From Candidatus Poribacteria bacterium (GTDB taxonomy: Bacteria; Poribacteria; WGA-4E; JAJDTR01): a stretch of 64,000 nt of DNA. Both the position numbers and the translations under genes were made by a program. The stretch spans positions 2,656,001 through 2,720,000 of the forward strand of contig CBDCTK010000002.1 of assembly GCA_965222225.1 (NCBI GenBank), written 5' to 3'. This document shows positions 11,980 to 23,711 of this stretch, piece by piece (within the stretch, counting starts at the first letter, position 1; each line of letters starts with the position of its first letter). The notes under the pieces are model-generated. The model made no database searches. It saw only the letters and a program-made list of their open reading frames with translations, and was not told the DNA's origin.

Positions 11980-12777
11980 ATGCCAAGATACGATCTTGAA
12001 GATCAAGTAGCCATCGTGACCGGCGCCGGCCGTGGGATCGGCCGAGCCATCGCACTACGGCTGGCGCACGAGGGCGCCAGTGTCACCATCGCCGACCTTG
12101 ATGAGACGAACGCGCAGCAAGTCGCGGAGGAGATCGCAGCGGCCGGTGGCCAGGCCCACGCTCTTAAAATAAACGTGACGCGCAAAGACGATGTCGAACG
12201 CATGGTGCGTGGCACTGTGGATCGATTTCACCGGCTGGATATTCAGGTCAATAACGCCGGCATCGGCATCATTGCACCACTCATGGACACTAGCGAAGAA
12301 GCCTGGGATGCGCTGATGAACGTGAATGCTAAAGGTGTTCTGTTCTGCTCGCAGGCAGCAGCACAGCAGATGATTGATCAGGGCGAAGGTGGCCGGATCG
12401 TCAACAACGCGTCTGGGGCCGGCAAAATTGCGCCAGGCAAAGGTGTGGCGCTTGGGGCATATTCGGCCAGCAAACACGCCGTCGTCGCGATCACAAAGCA
12501 GATGGGTCTAGAGCTGGCGGAGCACGGAATCCTTGTCAATTGCGTGTGCGCCGGCATCGTAGACACCCCAATGTGGGATCTAATCGATCGCGAGACCGCA
12601 AAGCTGCACGGCGTGCCGGTCGGATCGGTAAAAGCCAATGCGGTTGCGACCATCCCACTGGGTCGCATTGAGCAGCCGGAAGATGTCGCCAATATGGTTG
12701 CTTTCCTGAGTTCGTCAGATGCCAGCTACCTGACCGGCCAGACGTATAATGTGTGTGGCGGTCTCTTGCCTTATTGA
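11980..12777 (+). CDS. Short-chain dehydrogenase/reductase (acetoin/polyol dehydrogenase-like)
   Basis: [26 protein letters not shown]; RBS AAGGAG. Confidence 0.93.
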   Translation: MPRYDLEDQVAIVTGAGRGIGRAIALRLAHEGASVTIADLDETNAQQVAEEIAAAGGQAHALKINVTRKDDVERMVRGTVDRFHRLDIQVNNAGIGIIAPLMDTSEEAWDALMNVNAKGVLFCSQAAAQQMIDQGEGGRIVNNASGAGKIAPGKGVALGAYSASKHAVVAITKQMGLELAEHGILVNCVCAGIVDTPMWDLIDRETAKLHGVPVGSVKANAVATIPLGRIEQPEDVANMVAFLSSSDASYLTGQTYNVCGGLLPY

Positions 12778-13191
12778 TAATACAATAACCAATGGTGCTA
12801 GTTCGTACTAGATGACCCGTTCTAAATTAGATTGACATGAATTGCTCCGGATTACTACACTATTCAATGAGGTAGAAAGGAGAATTCAGATGTCACATCA
12901 GTTAGGAAAAGGATTTTCAATGGGAACTCTATCGCCCTCGTTATCCACTCGCTTGATCCCTCGTTGTTCACTAGGTTGATCTCCTACAGTGGGTTTGTAG
13001 GAGCGCAATTCATTGCGCGTCAAGCGGGTCGTTCACTTTGCTGTACGTCGTCTGGCATGCTGTTCTGTGTAGAAACGGGCAATATATCACCCTACTACGG
13101 ATCTTTTGATGTTCGACTGCGTAAGTCCTAATATGCCATAATCTACTTGACAGTGTACTAGGTGCTAGCCGGATAGTTCGCATTTGCGGAG

Positions 13192-14682
13192 GTGTACATG
13201 CTTATCAAAAACAGGCAGAGCAAAGGACGCCTACTTCCGAACGTTCTCTGGATTTGCACGGATCAGCAACGATACGACACTATTGGCGCCTTGGGCAACC
13301 CGTATGTTTCAACGCCGAATATTGACCGATTGGTCCAAGGCGGAGTCACCTTCACCCACGCCTTCTGTCAGAGTCCGATATGCACGCCCAGCCGGGCGAG
13401 TTTTCTAACCGGAATGTATCCAAGCGCCGTACATGTCAACGGTAACGGGAACGAATACTTCCCGAACAGACCGCCCCTCGTTACCCGCATGCTGGCGGAA
13501 GCTGGGTACGATTGTGGTCTAATCGGGAAGCTACACCTTGCCAGCGCGTATGGGCGCATCGAGCCCCGTGTGAACGACGGATATCGATATTGGCAGTACA
13601 GCCACGCGCCCCGTGATGACTGGGAGAAGGGACACGATTATGCGGACTGGGTGCGGGCGAAAGGGTATGTCCTTGGAGAGTTAATAAAGAACGTTGAAGG
13701 TGTACCGGCTGAACTCCATCAATCCAATTGGTGCGCGGAAAAGACGATTGACTTCATCCGGGAGGATCGAGATACGCCTTGGCTCGCAAGCGTAAATATC
13801 TATGACCCCCATCCGCCCTTCAATCCGCCGCAGACGTACAGGGAGATGTTTGAGCCCGCAAAGATGCCTGGGCCGCTATTCCGCGAAACCGACTTGGAAC
13901 AGCAGAAGAAGCTGGAAGCCGTTGATTTTCAGTCCAGCGGACAGTCTCCGGATAAGCTGGATATCAAAAACCCGATTGTGCCCCAATCTCCAGGTTCGTC
14001 AACCGCGGTTGATGCCGACTCAATAGGCGCACGGGATGCTAAGAGTTTGCAGGGAGCCTATTATGCGATGATTAAGCTGATTGATGATCAGGTGGGGCGT
14101 ATCCTTGAATCGCTGGAGGAAATCGGACAGCGTGAGCAGACGGTAATCCTCTTCACTTCGGATCACGGGGAAATGCTGGGAGATCACGGATTGATCCAGA
14201 AGGGGTGCCGATTCTACGAGGGACTGGTGCGCGTGCCGCTAATTGTTTCCTGGCCTGGACACTTTGAGTCCGGCTTGAAGAGCGATGCGCTGGTGGAACT
14301 CCTCGACAAAGCGCCGACGCTACTGGAGTTAGCTGGATTGAAGGTGCCTGACCGGATGCAGGGACGATCGCTGTTGCCAATTCTACAGGGGGAAGTCTCG
14401 AAAGACCATCACCGTGACTTCGTCCGATGCGAATACTACGATGCCATCGACATGCCGGATGGCACTTTTGCCACGATGTACCGAGATAGGTCGCATAAGC
14501 TGGTGGTGTACCACGGGCATCAACACGGAGAGCTCTACGACTTGGAAGCCGATCCCGACGAGTTTGAGAACCTGTGGGATGAGCCTAGTAGCCAGGGCCT
14601 AAAACTCGACTTGATGAAGCGAAGCTATGATTCGTCCATGCTGGCGATGGATAGGGGGCCGCGGCGGATTGGGCCGATATAG
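13192..14682 (+). CDS. Formylglycine-dependent sulfatase
   Basis: PNVLWICTDQQR, CTPSRASFLTG (CxPxR), GKLH, PHPP, SDHGEMLGDH, ELYDLEADPDEFENL. Confidence 0.95.
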   Translation: MYMLIKNRQSKGRLLPNVLWICTDQQRYDTIGALGNPYVSTPNIDRLVQGGVTFTHAFCQSPICTPSRASFLTGMYPSAVHVNGNGNEYFPNRPPLVTRMLAEAGYDCGLIGKLHLASAYGRIEPRVNDGYRYWQYSHAPRDDWEKGHDYADWVRAKGYVLGELIKNVEGVPAELHQSNWCAEKTIDFIREDRDTPWLASVNIYDPHPPFNPPQTYREMFEPAKMPGPLFRETDLEQQKKLEAVDFQSSGQSPDKLDIKNPIVPQSPGSSTAVDADSIGARDAKSLQGAYYAMIKLIDDQVGRILESLEEIGQREQTVILFTSDHGEMLGDHGLIQKGCRFYEGLVRVPLIVSWPGHFESGLKSDALVELLDKAPTLLELAGLKVPDRMQGRSLLPILQGEVSKDHHRDFVRCEYYDAIDMPDGTFATMYRDRSHKLVVYHGHQHGELYDLEADPDEFENLWDEPSSQGLKLDLMKRSYDSSMLAMDRGPRRIGPI

Positions 14683-15002
14683 GTAGACACGTGATTGGGG
14701 ACTCTCTGTAGTTAGGTCTGCACTAAAGTGCGGAGTAGCGAAATCTTCTGTCATGCGAGGAAAATTGTGCCTTACAGTAGTGCGCATATCAGAGATCCTC
14801 TCGATTAACATCCGGTTTCGATAGCATCACAGATGTATGACGTTCTTCAGCGTACCTCCGATTTCTGCTACAAGTCCGGACGTATGCGCGCGTTTACTCC
14901 TGTCATTTCAGATTTCGACTCGATTCAAGCCGGTCCAAAAAAATGTCCGGTAAATGGGAACAGTCACGTTAATCTCCCGTGATGCCCCGCCCGAAATCAA
15001 TA

Positions 15003-15031
15003 TTGACCACACACTACCCGTATGCTACAAT
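15003..15031 (+). promoter_or_regulatory. Sigma70-like promoter, probably for comM
   Basis: TTGACC-17-TACAAT with TG extension. Confidence 0.5.
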
Positions 15032-15065
15032 CAGCCAAGTTGCCACCTTGATAAGAAATGGGTAA

Positions 15066-15300
15066 GAGCTTGTTTGAAAATTCATTTCGGGTCGAGTCAC
15101 TGCCCTGAAACCTATCTTGATCATCAGGTCAAGATGAAATCCCTGCACCAGACTTTGTAAGCCCCAGAGCGGGATCAAGCGAGCGAATAGCGAGTGCGAT
15201 AGAAATCCCGACAGATATATAGTGGGTAACGACAAAAACACGACAACGCCCCTCCTCAAACGATCAAACATGACTTTGCCACCTATTTTCAAAAAAGCTC
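15066..15300. mobile_element. MITE with IS5-family-like ends
   Basis: Inverted ends GAGCTTGTTTGAAAAT / ATTTTCAAAAAAGCTC flanked by TAA on both sides; no transposase; contains a 30-nt hairpin repeat at 15173. Confidence 0.7.
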
Positions 15301-15500
15301 TAAGAAACCGAGTTTTCTGCGGTGACGAAACACGACGTGGGCGAAAATCCGACCGATTTAATCAGAGCCAGGCAATCCGTGAATCAAAAACTCGGTTTCT
15401 CTGGCATAGGTTGCAACTTGAGTTACAATACCAACTCAAAAGATGAACCTGCCATGCTGCCTACAATTAGGCGGATCGATGATTTGGAGAAGAGGTAAAC

Positions 15501-17036
15501 ATGCTTGCTACGGTGCAGAGCAGCGCAGTCTTGGGCATTGATGCCTATATTGTTCAGGTAGAGATTGACATCTCGGATGGGCTGCCCGTCTTCAATACGG
15601 TCGGGTTGCCGGATAGCGCGGTAAAAGAGAGCCGCGAGCGCGTGGCGGCGGCAATCAAGAACTCCGGTTTCTACTTCCCGACGACCCGAATCACAGCCAA
15701 CCTCGCACCCGCCGATGTGCGCAAGGAAGGGTCTGCCTTCGATCTGCCGATTGCTCTGGGGGTCTTGGCGGCTACAGCGCAAATACGCAACAAACACTTT
15801 GACCAAACGCTGGTTTTAGGTGAATTGGCGCTTGATGGGAGCATCCGCTCAGTGCGGGGTTGCCTACCAATCGCAATCAAAGCCAAAGAAAAGGGATTCA
15901 CGGGCGCAATTTTGCCCAATGCGAATGCGAAGGAAGCGGCAATCGTCGATGAGTTGAATGTTTACCCGGTGGAAACGCTGCAGGAAGCGGTTCAATTCTT
16001 GAACGGAGACCGAACCATTGCACCGTTTGAGTACGATATCCGGGAGGCATTTCAGCAACACTCGGAGTATATGATCGATTTCGTCGACGTGAAAGGGCAA
16101 GAACACGTCAAGCGGGCGATCGAGGTTGCCGCTGCGGGCGGGCACAATTTGATTATGATTGGGCCACCGGGATCCGGCAAGACGATGATTGCCAAGCGGA
16201 TTCCGACCATCCTGCCCGACATGACGCTGGACGAGGCGCTTGAGACGACAAAGATTCACAGCATCATGGGCTTATTGGCGGATGATGTGCCACTAATAGC
16301 CACGCGCCCCTACCGTTCGCCACACCACACCATCTCGGATGCCGGGTTAATCGGCGGCGGGAAGTTTCCGCACCCCGGAGAGGTCAGTCTCTCGCACAAC
16401 GGCGTGCTGTTTCTTGACGAATTGCCGGAGTTCCGCAAGAACGTGCTCGAAGTGATGCGGCAACCGCTTGAAGACGGGCACGTGACGATTGCGCGGGCAG
16501 CCGCCTCTTACACGTATCCCGCGAATTTCATGCTTGTGTCCGCGATGAACCCATGTCCGTGCGGTTATTTTGGTGAGCCAACCCGCGACTGCCGATGTTC
16601 GCCGCAGCAGATTCAGAACTACATCTCCCGCATTTCCGGTCCCCTGCTTGACCGAATCGACTTGCAGGCTGAGGTTCCGGCTGTGAAATACAAGGATTTG
16701 TCGAGCGATTTCACGGGCGAACCGTCGGCGGATATACGCGAGCGGGTGCAGGCCGCGCGCCGTATCCAACAGGAGCGTTTTGCTCAGACGACGGTCTACT
16801 GTAACGCGAATATGGAATCCAAGCACCTCCGCGAGTTTTGCAAGGTTGAGGAGGATGCCCAAGAATTGCTGCGGGTCGCTATCACGCAACTCGGGCTTAG
16901 CGCCCGTGCCTATGACCGTATCCTGAAGGTTGCGCGTACCATTGCCGACCTCGGAAATAGCCCCACCATTGAGGGGGAGCATGTTTCGGAGGCTATTCAG
17001 TATCGCAGTCTGGATAGGAGTTTTTGGAATCGGTAA
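15501..17036 (+). CDS. comM: ComM/YifB Mg-chelatase-like AAA+ helicase
   Basis: 511 aa; [79 protein letters not shown]. Confidence 0.97.
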   Translation: MLATVQSSAVLGIDAYIVQVEIDISDGLPVFNTVGLPDSAVKESRERVAAAIKNSGFYFPTTRITANLAPADVRKEGSAFDLPIALGVLAATAQIRNKHFDQTLVLGELALDGSIRSVRGCLPIAIKAKEKGFTGAILPNANAKEAAIVDELNVYPVETLQEAVQFLNGDRTIAPFEYDIREAFQQHSEYMIDFVDVKGQEHVKRAIEVAAAGGHNLIMIGPPGSGKTMIAKRIPTILPDMTLDEALETTKIHSIMGLLADDVPLIATRPYRSPHHTISDAGLIGGGKFPHPGEVSLSHNGVLFLDELPEFRKNVLEVMRQPLEDGHVTIARAAASYTYPANFMLVSAMNPCPCGYFGEPTRDCRCSPQQIQNYISRISGPLLDRIDLQAEVPAVKYKDLSSDFTGEPSADIRERVQAARRIQQERFAQTTVYCNANMESKHLREFCKVEEDAQELLRVAITQLGLSARAYDRILKVARTIADLGNSPTIEGEHVSEAIQYRSLDRSFWNR

Positions 17037-17713
17037 GTCGGGGATTATAATCGAATACTATAGGTAGAAGCGTGCCGTCCCTCCAGATATCGTCACTGAT
17101 TGTTGTAGGACACCCCCTCGGCAAATGAGAGCAATCTACTTCCTATCTGAGTAACGAATGCCGTTGCGGTATCGCTGTGGTAGGCTTTCTTGGCGAAGAT
17201 TCACTGCGGATACAAACTGGGGTTCGATTCCCTACAATGCTATCTGGCTTGCGCGAGTATCCCAGAGGGAAAAAGCGAAAATGAGTACCCTCTGATTCAG
17301 AATGTCGGACAGATCGTTGAAATTGCCCTGCCAGTCATAAAACTAACGGTATTACCATTTTTCATCCTGCCCCTAGAAATTTTCATTTGCCTCATCAGCG
17401 CGCTATTTTAGCTTGTTCATGACTTTGTGTCATAAGAGGCTTTAAGCGGCCGACCTTCTAGATATCACGACAGCTCAGAAATCATCAGATGGCGTCGAGG
17501 GGAGTGGTATTCCTCAGGAGGAGTGGGGGCCAAAGAACGATCGTTCACAAGCGGCGCTGATTAATGCCATGTTCGATTGACAGAGAAGTTAGGGTTTGTT
17601 TGTCGTGAAGAAGGTATTGCGGCTCAGGCAACCGTGCTACAAAAAAATTCGGAATGAGTATAACCCAGCTATTTGGTGTTTTATCAAGTTTGCATATTGT
17701 ATCACATAGCACA

Positions 17714-17745
17714 AAAAAGGCACCCTTAAAGTTTCAGGGGTGCCT
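17714..17745 (-). terminator. Intrinsic terminator after ORF 17782-18162
   Basis: Minus strand AGGCACCCCTGAAACTTTAAGGGTGCCT followed by a T run. Confidence 0.6.
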
Positions 17746-17781
17746 GAGTGATTAGATGTAAGTAGACTAGAGGGAAAATTT

Positions 17782-18162
17782 TTATCTCAATTTGTTTATC
17801 ACATTTATGATGTATTCAATACGGCGTGGTGATGTGCAATAAATCATAACACGGTTGTTCTGAGCTTTACCAGCATTAAACTTGGGAAATGCTACGCATG
17901 GCTTACAAAGACCTTGAGCATCTACGTCTGGCGTAATAGCGGAGAAGGGTGTGTCTATCAATACACGGAAATTTAATATGCGCCGATCTGCATAAACAAA
18001 TGGAAGCCAACTCTCAGGAAATGTATAAGGTATATATTCAAATGCTTCAAACGACGGCTCAACATTAAGTGCAATTAAAATGCGATCGTGAAATTGTATT
18101 AGTAGTTGTGCGGCGTTATCTGCCAAATTATGCGAATAATGTTGTGATTTGTTAACAATCAT
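17782..18162 (-). CDS. Hypothetical protein in AT-rich island
   Basis: 126 aa ORF with GAGG RBS and downstream terminator; no family recognised. Confidence 0.5.
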   Translation of the reverse strand: MIVNKSQHYSHNLADNAAQLLIQFHDRILIALNVEPSFEAFEYIPYTFPESWLPFVYADRRILNFRVLIDTPFSAITPDVDAQGLCKPCVAFPKFNAGKAQNNRVMIYCTSPRRIEYIINVINKLR

Positions 18163-18659
18163 AATAGCCTCATTCGCTTTACTCTTTATCCTTTTTGATG
18201 ACTCTCGCTTGCACTAAGACATCTAGAAATGCTTCTGCGATTTCTCTTTTTACCCTAATTTCAAATTTATCAAAACGTCTGTCTAGTTCTTTTTCGCTAA
18301 CTAATGTCCCGCCTATTTGAATGCCTTTGGCAATCATAACGAAACAAGTGCTCACCCCGCAAGGATAGTTGGCACTTCAGTTGGCAGTCATTTTATCACC
18401 AATCTTTGATATCATAACGTGGAGTGTAAGTATTAGACATCTTTCCTAATTAAATCATGGAGACACAGAGGTTCGGTGCAGGAAAGTGAGGGGACAAGTG
18501 GGAAAACAAGCATACAAGTACATCTCCTCAATCTCTTGACTGCGCATTTGCTCCTTTGGTCACTCAACGCTGTGAAAAAAGCTCCGAAACGACCGATAAT
18601 ATTTTGGAAAGATGTCTATTGTAAACCCTGAAGTTTCACTTGTCAAGAATATAAAACTA

Positions 18660-19908
18660 CGGAATTAGTAGCTTGTAGCTTTTAGACTGACGACAAACAT
18701 AAAACTTGGTACCCTGTCGTAAATCTTTTCGTCACACGTAGATGTCCATAGTGACTATTCTTCTCGTAGGAGTTTGCTATGGACATTTTGAATCTTATGA
18801 AAGAGTTTCCAAATCAAGAATCTTGTCTCAGATTTATAGAGGAAAAACGTTGGAAGGACGGTGTTTGCTGTATCCACTGTGGCAGTGAAAAAGTTGGACG
18901 CAAGAACAAAAACGACATTACTACTGGTTGGAATTGCTACGATTGTGAATCTAGCTTTTCGGCTACAGCAGGAACCATCTTCCATGGTACCAAGATACCT
19001 CTCCAGAAATGGTTTTTGGCTATCTCAATTCTTTCCAATGCCAAGAAAAGCATATCGAGTTGTCAGCTTGCTCGTGACTTGGACATGAATCAAAAGTCCG
19101 CTTGGTATATGGCAATGCGCCTCCGTGAGAAAATGAGTGATAGTGATGAATTGCTGAAAGGGATAGTTGAAGCGGACGAAACCTATGTCGGCGGCAAACC
19201 CAGAGCAAAATCTAAGAGAGGTAGAGGCACAAATAAATCTCCCGTCATCGGCGTAGTCGAGAGAGGCGGTCGGGTGGTTGCTAAATTCATGAAGGTTCTA
19301 TCTGGTGAAAATATCAGAGAATTCATCCTTAGCAATGTCTCACCCGATGAGTCTATTCTTATGACTGATGAATTTCGCTCTTACAATAGTCTGGACGAAG
19401 ATATCGAAAGACATGTTATCCATCACCAAGAGAGATATGTTTCTGAGGACGGCGTAACTCACACCAACACCATCGAGTCGTTTTGGGCTTGTGTCAAGAG
19501 GTCATTCTACGGAACGCATCATCACTACAGCAAGAAGTGGCTGCCACTGTATATCATGGAGTCTTGCTGGAAATATAATCGCAGAAAAGATGATGAGATT
19601 TTCATAAGATTTTTTGATGAATGCTTCACCTGAGCCACATGAATTGTTTGGCTATCGGTATATTCTGTCAACGACAACATCATGGTGTGCTGAAAATCCC
19701 ATAGTGTTGGAAATTAAAATCCCGCAGATAACCCGCAATGCTCCCGCGAGCATGTACAAACGCTTGGTCAACATGATATGCCTCCATTTCTCTCTTATAG
19801 AGATGTATTTTAGTGTGAATCAAGATTCCGAACACTGTCTAAAATGATTGTACATTAAGAAGAGAAAAGCAAGCAAATCGACCAAAAAGCAGTTAACTAC
19901 TAAGTCCC
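18660..19908 (+). mobile_element. IS1595-family insertion sequence
   Basis: Imperfect TIRs CGGAATTAGTAGCTTGTAGCTTTT / reverse complement GGGACTTAGTAGTTAACTGCTTTT; 8-bp target duplication TAAAACTA (18652-18659, 19909-19916). Confidence 0.9.
18779..19633 (+). CDS. IS1595-family DDE transposase
   Basis: Zinc ribbon CIHC...CYDC, GTIFHGTKIPLQKWF, VEADETYVGG, TDE, HTNTIESFW. Confidence 0.95.
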   Translation: MDILNLMKEFPNQESCLRFIEEKRWKDGVCCIHCGSEKVGRKNKNDITTGWNCYDCESSFSATAGTIFHGTKIPLQKWFLAISILSNAKKSISSCQLARDLDMNQKSAWYMAMRLREKMSDSDELLKGIVEADETYVGGKPRAKSKRGRGTNKSPVIGVVERGGRVVAKFMKVLSGENIREFILSNVSPDESILMTDEFRSYNSLDEDIERHVIHHQERYVSEDGVTHTNTIESFWACVKRSFYGTHHHYSKKWLPLYIMESCWKYNRRKDDEIFIRFFDECFT

Positions 19909-20292
19909 TAAAACTAACTATTTTTCGTGATGACAGTGTAAAATATGGCGCCTTGATAGGCTTAACTTACCCCCATCCTCTAGGTAGAAAATAACGAGAT
20001 TAAAGTAATGAAAACTGACTAAACCTGGTCAAATTTAAACGCCTAACGTTATGGGGAATACACCTGGTATAGTGTATGGTAGTCGATCGATTGATGAAAC
20101 CGCTCTTGGTTATAAAAGTTGAAATAATCTCTCAATCGACAATGAGCCGTGTTCATTGAGTCATAGTCGTTGAGGTAAACCTCCTGATACTTGACACTGC
20201 GCCAAAGTCGCTCAATGAAGATGTTGTCAAAATAGCTGGGCTCTACTCATTCCCAAAATTTATATTGAATTCTGAGTCGGGGACGGAGAAAT

Positions 20293-21671
20293 ATGTCTAC
20301 CATACAAGGGATGTTAAGTGGCAAACAATTACAAACTCTTATTGAGGGAGAAGAGATTGATACTATCCTGGTCGTTTTTCCTGATATGTATGGACGGTTT
20401 ATGGGAAAACGATTTGACGCTGAGTTCTTTCTAAAAGATACGCTCCGACAAGGAGCTCATGCCTGTGATTATCTCCTGACTGTGGATATGGAAATGGAAC
20501 CTGTCTCTGGCTATCAATTTGCCAACTGGGAGTCCGGTTATGGAGATTTTCATCTTGTCCCTGATTTATCAACTCTTCGTCTTGCCAGCTGGTTAGAAAA
20601 AACCGCTATGGTGATTTGTGATGTTGTCACAGACCCGGAACACAAGCCTGTACCACAAGCACCTCGTTCCATCCTCAATCAACAGATAGAGAAAGCAGCT
20701 GCAATGGGGTTTTCTGCAATGGCAGGTTCAGAACTGGAATACTATCTCTTTCAAAATTCTTATCAACAAGCAGCAGAACAAAACTATCATGGGTTAACAT
20801 TAGCCGGCTGGTACATTGAAGATTACCATATGCTGCAAGGGGCACGGGAAGATTCATTCAATGGCGCGGCTCGTCGTCATCTCAAAAAATCGGGAGTTCC
20901 AGTAGAAAATTCAAAAGGAGAATGGGGTAAGGGCCAGCATGAGCTAAATATTCAGTATGCAGCTGTACTGAGCATGGCTGACCGGCATTCTATTTATAAA
21001 CAATGCTTAAAATAAATCGCAGATCAACAAGGTATTAGTGTCACTTTTATGGCCAAATATGCCTCCGATCAAGCGGGTTCCAGCTGCCACGTTCATTTAA
21101 GTCTGTGGAATAATGACCAGAATGCTTTCCTGGCAATCAAAAATTGGGAAAAATTGAGTGCTCAAATACCTTTCGCTGGTTTCTCGGAGGATGGATGGCT
21201 CATGTATCGGAAGTCATGTTATTTTATGCCCCCAACATCAACTCTTATAAACGTTATCAATCTGGGTCATAGGCTCCCACAAAAATTGCCTGGAGTTATG
21301 ACAATCGCACTGCTGGTTTCCGCGTAGTCGGCAAAGGGAATAGCCTCCGCATCGAATGCAGAATTCCGGGAGCGGATTGTAATCCGTACCTGACCTACGC
21401 TGCAGCCTTGGCTTCCGGGCTGGATGGCATCAAAAATAAAATAGAACCTCCTCCTATTTTCGAAGGCGATGTTTACAGTGCGGAAACCTTGCCTTCCGTG
21501 CCCTTAACCCTCGGAGATGCGATCTCTGTTTTTAAGTCCAGCCAATTTTCAAAAGATACTTTTGGTGAAGAGGTAGTTACACACTATACCCATTTCTTTG
21601 AAACCGAGCTCGAAGCCTATCAAAGTGCGGTCACTGACTGGGATCGTCAACGTTACTTTGAGCGAATCTGA
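20293..21671 (+). pseudogene. Glutamine-synthetase-like gamma-glutamyl ligase (PuuA/GlnA4 type), disrupted
   Basis: DMYGRFMGKR, GSELEYY, GEWGKGQHE, GSSCHVHLSLW, RIECRIPGADCNPY; stop at 21013, frameshift near 21135, TAG near 21270. Confidence 0.9.
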
Positions 21672-21678
21672 GGACTTT

Positions 21679-22385
21679 ATGGCTTTACCCATCATTGGTA
21701 TCACCACCTACGGCCGGAATGAAGACAACCATTTTACTTTACCGGCGGAATATATCGAAGCCATTCGAAATGCGGGTGGACTTCCATGGCCTATCATGCA
21801 TGGGGAACCTCATTTGCGAGAAATATTGGAACACGTTGATGGTTTAATATTGGCTGGGGGAGGCGATCTCAACCCCCTTCTTTATGGAGGCGATGATCAT
21901 GAAACCATTTACATGCTGGATGATGAACGAGATCAAACAGAAATCGATCTAGCCAATCAGGCAATAGATTCGGGTATTCCTACTTTAGGTATTTGTCGTG
22001 GTACTCAAATCCTTAATGTCGCTAGAGGAGGTTCTTGTATGAAAATTTGCCTGATGTGGTTGGAGATAAAATCAGTCACCGTGTTCCTCCACGTGAACCC
22101 ACCCCTCATGCCATTTATGTTGCATCAGGTTCCAGATTAGCAAAAATACTTGAACAAACCCGTTTTTCTTCATCTTCCTGGCATCATCAGGCCCTCAAAA
22201 ATGTTGCAGACGAATTTAAAGTAGTTGCCAAAGCACCCGATGGAGTCATCGAAGCGATAGAAATGCCAGATCACCCCTGGCTCATTGCGGTGCAATGGCA
22301 TCCCGAGTTAACCGCTGCCGAAGACCCTATTCAACAACGTCTATTTGATAAACTGGTCGAAGCGGCCTCTCAAATTAACAAGTAA
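21679..22385 (+). pseudogene. Gamma-glutamyl-GABA hydrolase (peptidase C26, PuuD-like), frameshifted
   Basis: PIIGIT, DGLILAGGGD, LGICRG, then frameshift near 22035 to SWHHQA, VQWHPE. Confidence 0.88.
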
Positions 22386-22398
22386 CCGAGAAAAGCCC

Positions 22399-23172
22399 AT
22401 GAGACTTCAAGAAAAAATAGCACTCATTACCGGGGCCTCCAGCGGCATCGGAAAAGAAACCGCTCTTTTATTTGCAAAAGAAGGTGCTCAGGTCGTCGCT
22501 GTTGATATTAATGACGAAGCAGGTAATCAACTAGTCGAGTTAATCCAGTCTCAGGGAGGAAAGGCAATATATGTGCATGCTGATATTTCCAAATCAGAAG
22601 ATTGTCGGCACATGATCCATATCGCTGAAAAAACCTACGGCCGCCTAGATATTCTATTCAACAACGCCGGTATTATGCACAGCGAAGATGACGATGCTGT
22701 TAATACTTCGGAAGAGGTATGGGAAGCCACCTTGTCTATCAATCTGAAAGGGGTATTTCTTGGTTGTAAATTCGGTATTCCTGCTTTGAGACGAGCGGGA
22801 GGCGGATCCATTATCAATACGGCTTCGTTTGTTGCACTATTGGGAGCAGCGACTCCACAAATCGCTTATACGGCTAGCAAAGGAGGGGTCCTTGCCCTGA
22901 CTCGTGAATTAGCCGTCGTTCACGCTCGAGAAAATATCCGAGTCAATGCCTTATGCCCCGGACCTTTGAAAACCGAATTGTTGATGAAGTTTTTAAATAC
23001 CGAGGAGAAAAAACAACGGCGCTTGGTTCATATTCCTACAGGTCGTTTCGGAGAAGCTTCGGAAATGGCAAAAGCGGCACTGTTTTTAGCTTCGGATGAC
23101 TCTTCTTATGTAACGGGAACGGAGTTTACCGTAGATGGAGGAATTACCGCCGCCTACGTAACTCCTGAGTAA
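22399..23172 (+). CDS. Short-chain dehydrogenase/reductase
   Basis: TGASSGIG, NNAG, YTASK, NALCPG, DGGITAAYVTPE; a usual partner of GlnA4-type operons. Confidence 0.92.
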   Translation: MRLQEKIALITGASSGIGKETALLFAKEGAQVVAVDINDEAGNQLVELIQSQGGKAIYVHADISKSEDCRHMIHIAEKTYGRLDILFNNAGIMHSEDDDAVNTSEEVWEATLSINLKGVFLGCKFGIPALRRAGGGSIINTASFVALLGAATPQIAYTASKGGVLALTRELAVVHARENIRVNALCPGPLKTELLMKFLNTEEKKQRRLVHIPTGRFGEASEMAKAALFLASDDSSYVTGTEFTVDGGITAAYVTPE

Positions 23173-23320
23173 AAGGCAGTAGTTCGCACTTAAGATTAAT
23201 GGTTCTTCCGAATCCTGCTGTAGGAGCGACCTCCCGGTCGCGATAATAAACACTAACGGAACAATGTTTTTAAAGGGAATTATATACGAAAGTAACATTT
23301 TTGCTTGACTTTCTAGAGAT

Positions 23321-23515
23321 TTGGGAATCAGGCAAAAATCGGCGTGGCATATGGCACACCGAATTAGAAAGGCGTGGGGGGAAATTGGCGAGCCGTTCTA
23401 CAACCAAGTTGAAGTTGATGAGACTTATGTTGGTGGTAAAGTGAGTAACAAGCACGTAAGCGAGAAACTACATGCTGGACGTGGTACAGTTGGAAAAACT
23501 GCGGTTAACAGATGA
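23321..23515 (+). pseudogene. IS1595 transposase internal fragment
   Basis: QKSAWHMAHRIR, VEVDETYVGG, GRGTVGKTAV; both ends missing. Confidence 0.88.
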
Positions 23516-23588
23516 TTGATGTCGTCAAGGAATGCGTTGGAAACAATTGAAATACTCGGATTTGATTTCAGACTAAACTGAAGGCATT

Positions 23589-23711
23589 TTAGTAGTGTTC
23601 TTCAATTACGTCAATAGAAATGGTGTACAAGATTTCTCCAGTATAAACGTCTATGATTTCCCACACTGACTGAGTATCCGAGAACTGTCTACGACGCAAT
23701 CTGGTCTTCAT
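23589..23711 (-). CDS. Possible 40-aa passenger peptide
   Basis: AAGGGA RBS, MKTRLRRRQFSDTQSVWEIIDVYTGEILYTISIDVIEEHY*; two perfect hairpins just upstream (23761-23826). Confidence 0.35.
   Translation of the reverse strand: MKTRLRRRQFSDTQSVWEIIDVYTGEILYTISIDVIEEHY

Noticed and set aside
17170-17240. tRNA-like GGGGTTCGATTCCC T-arm
   Set aside because: No matching acceptor, D or anticodon arms could be folded.
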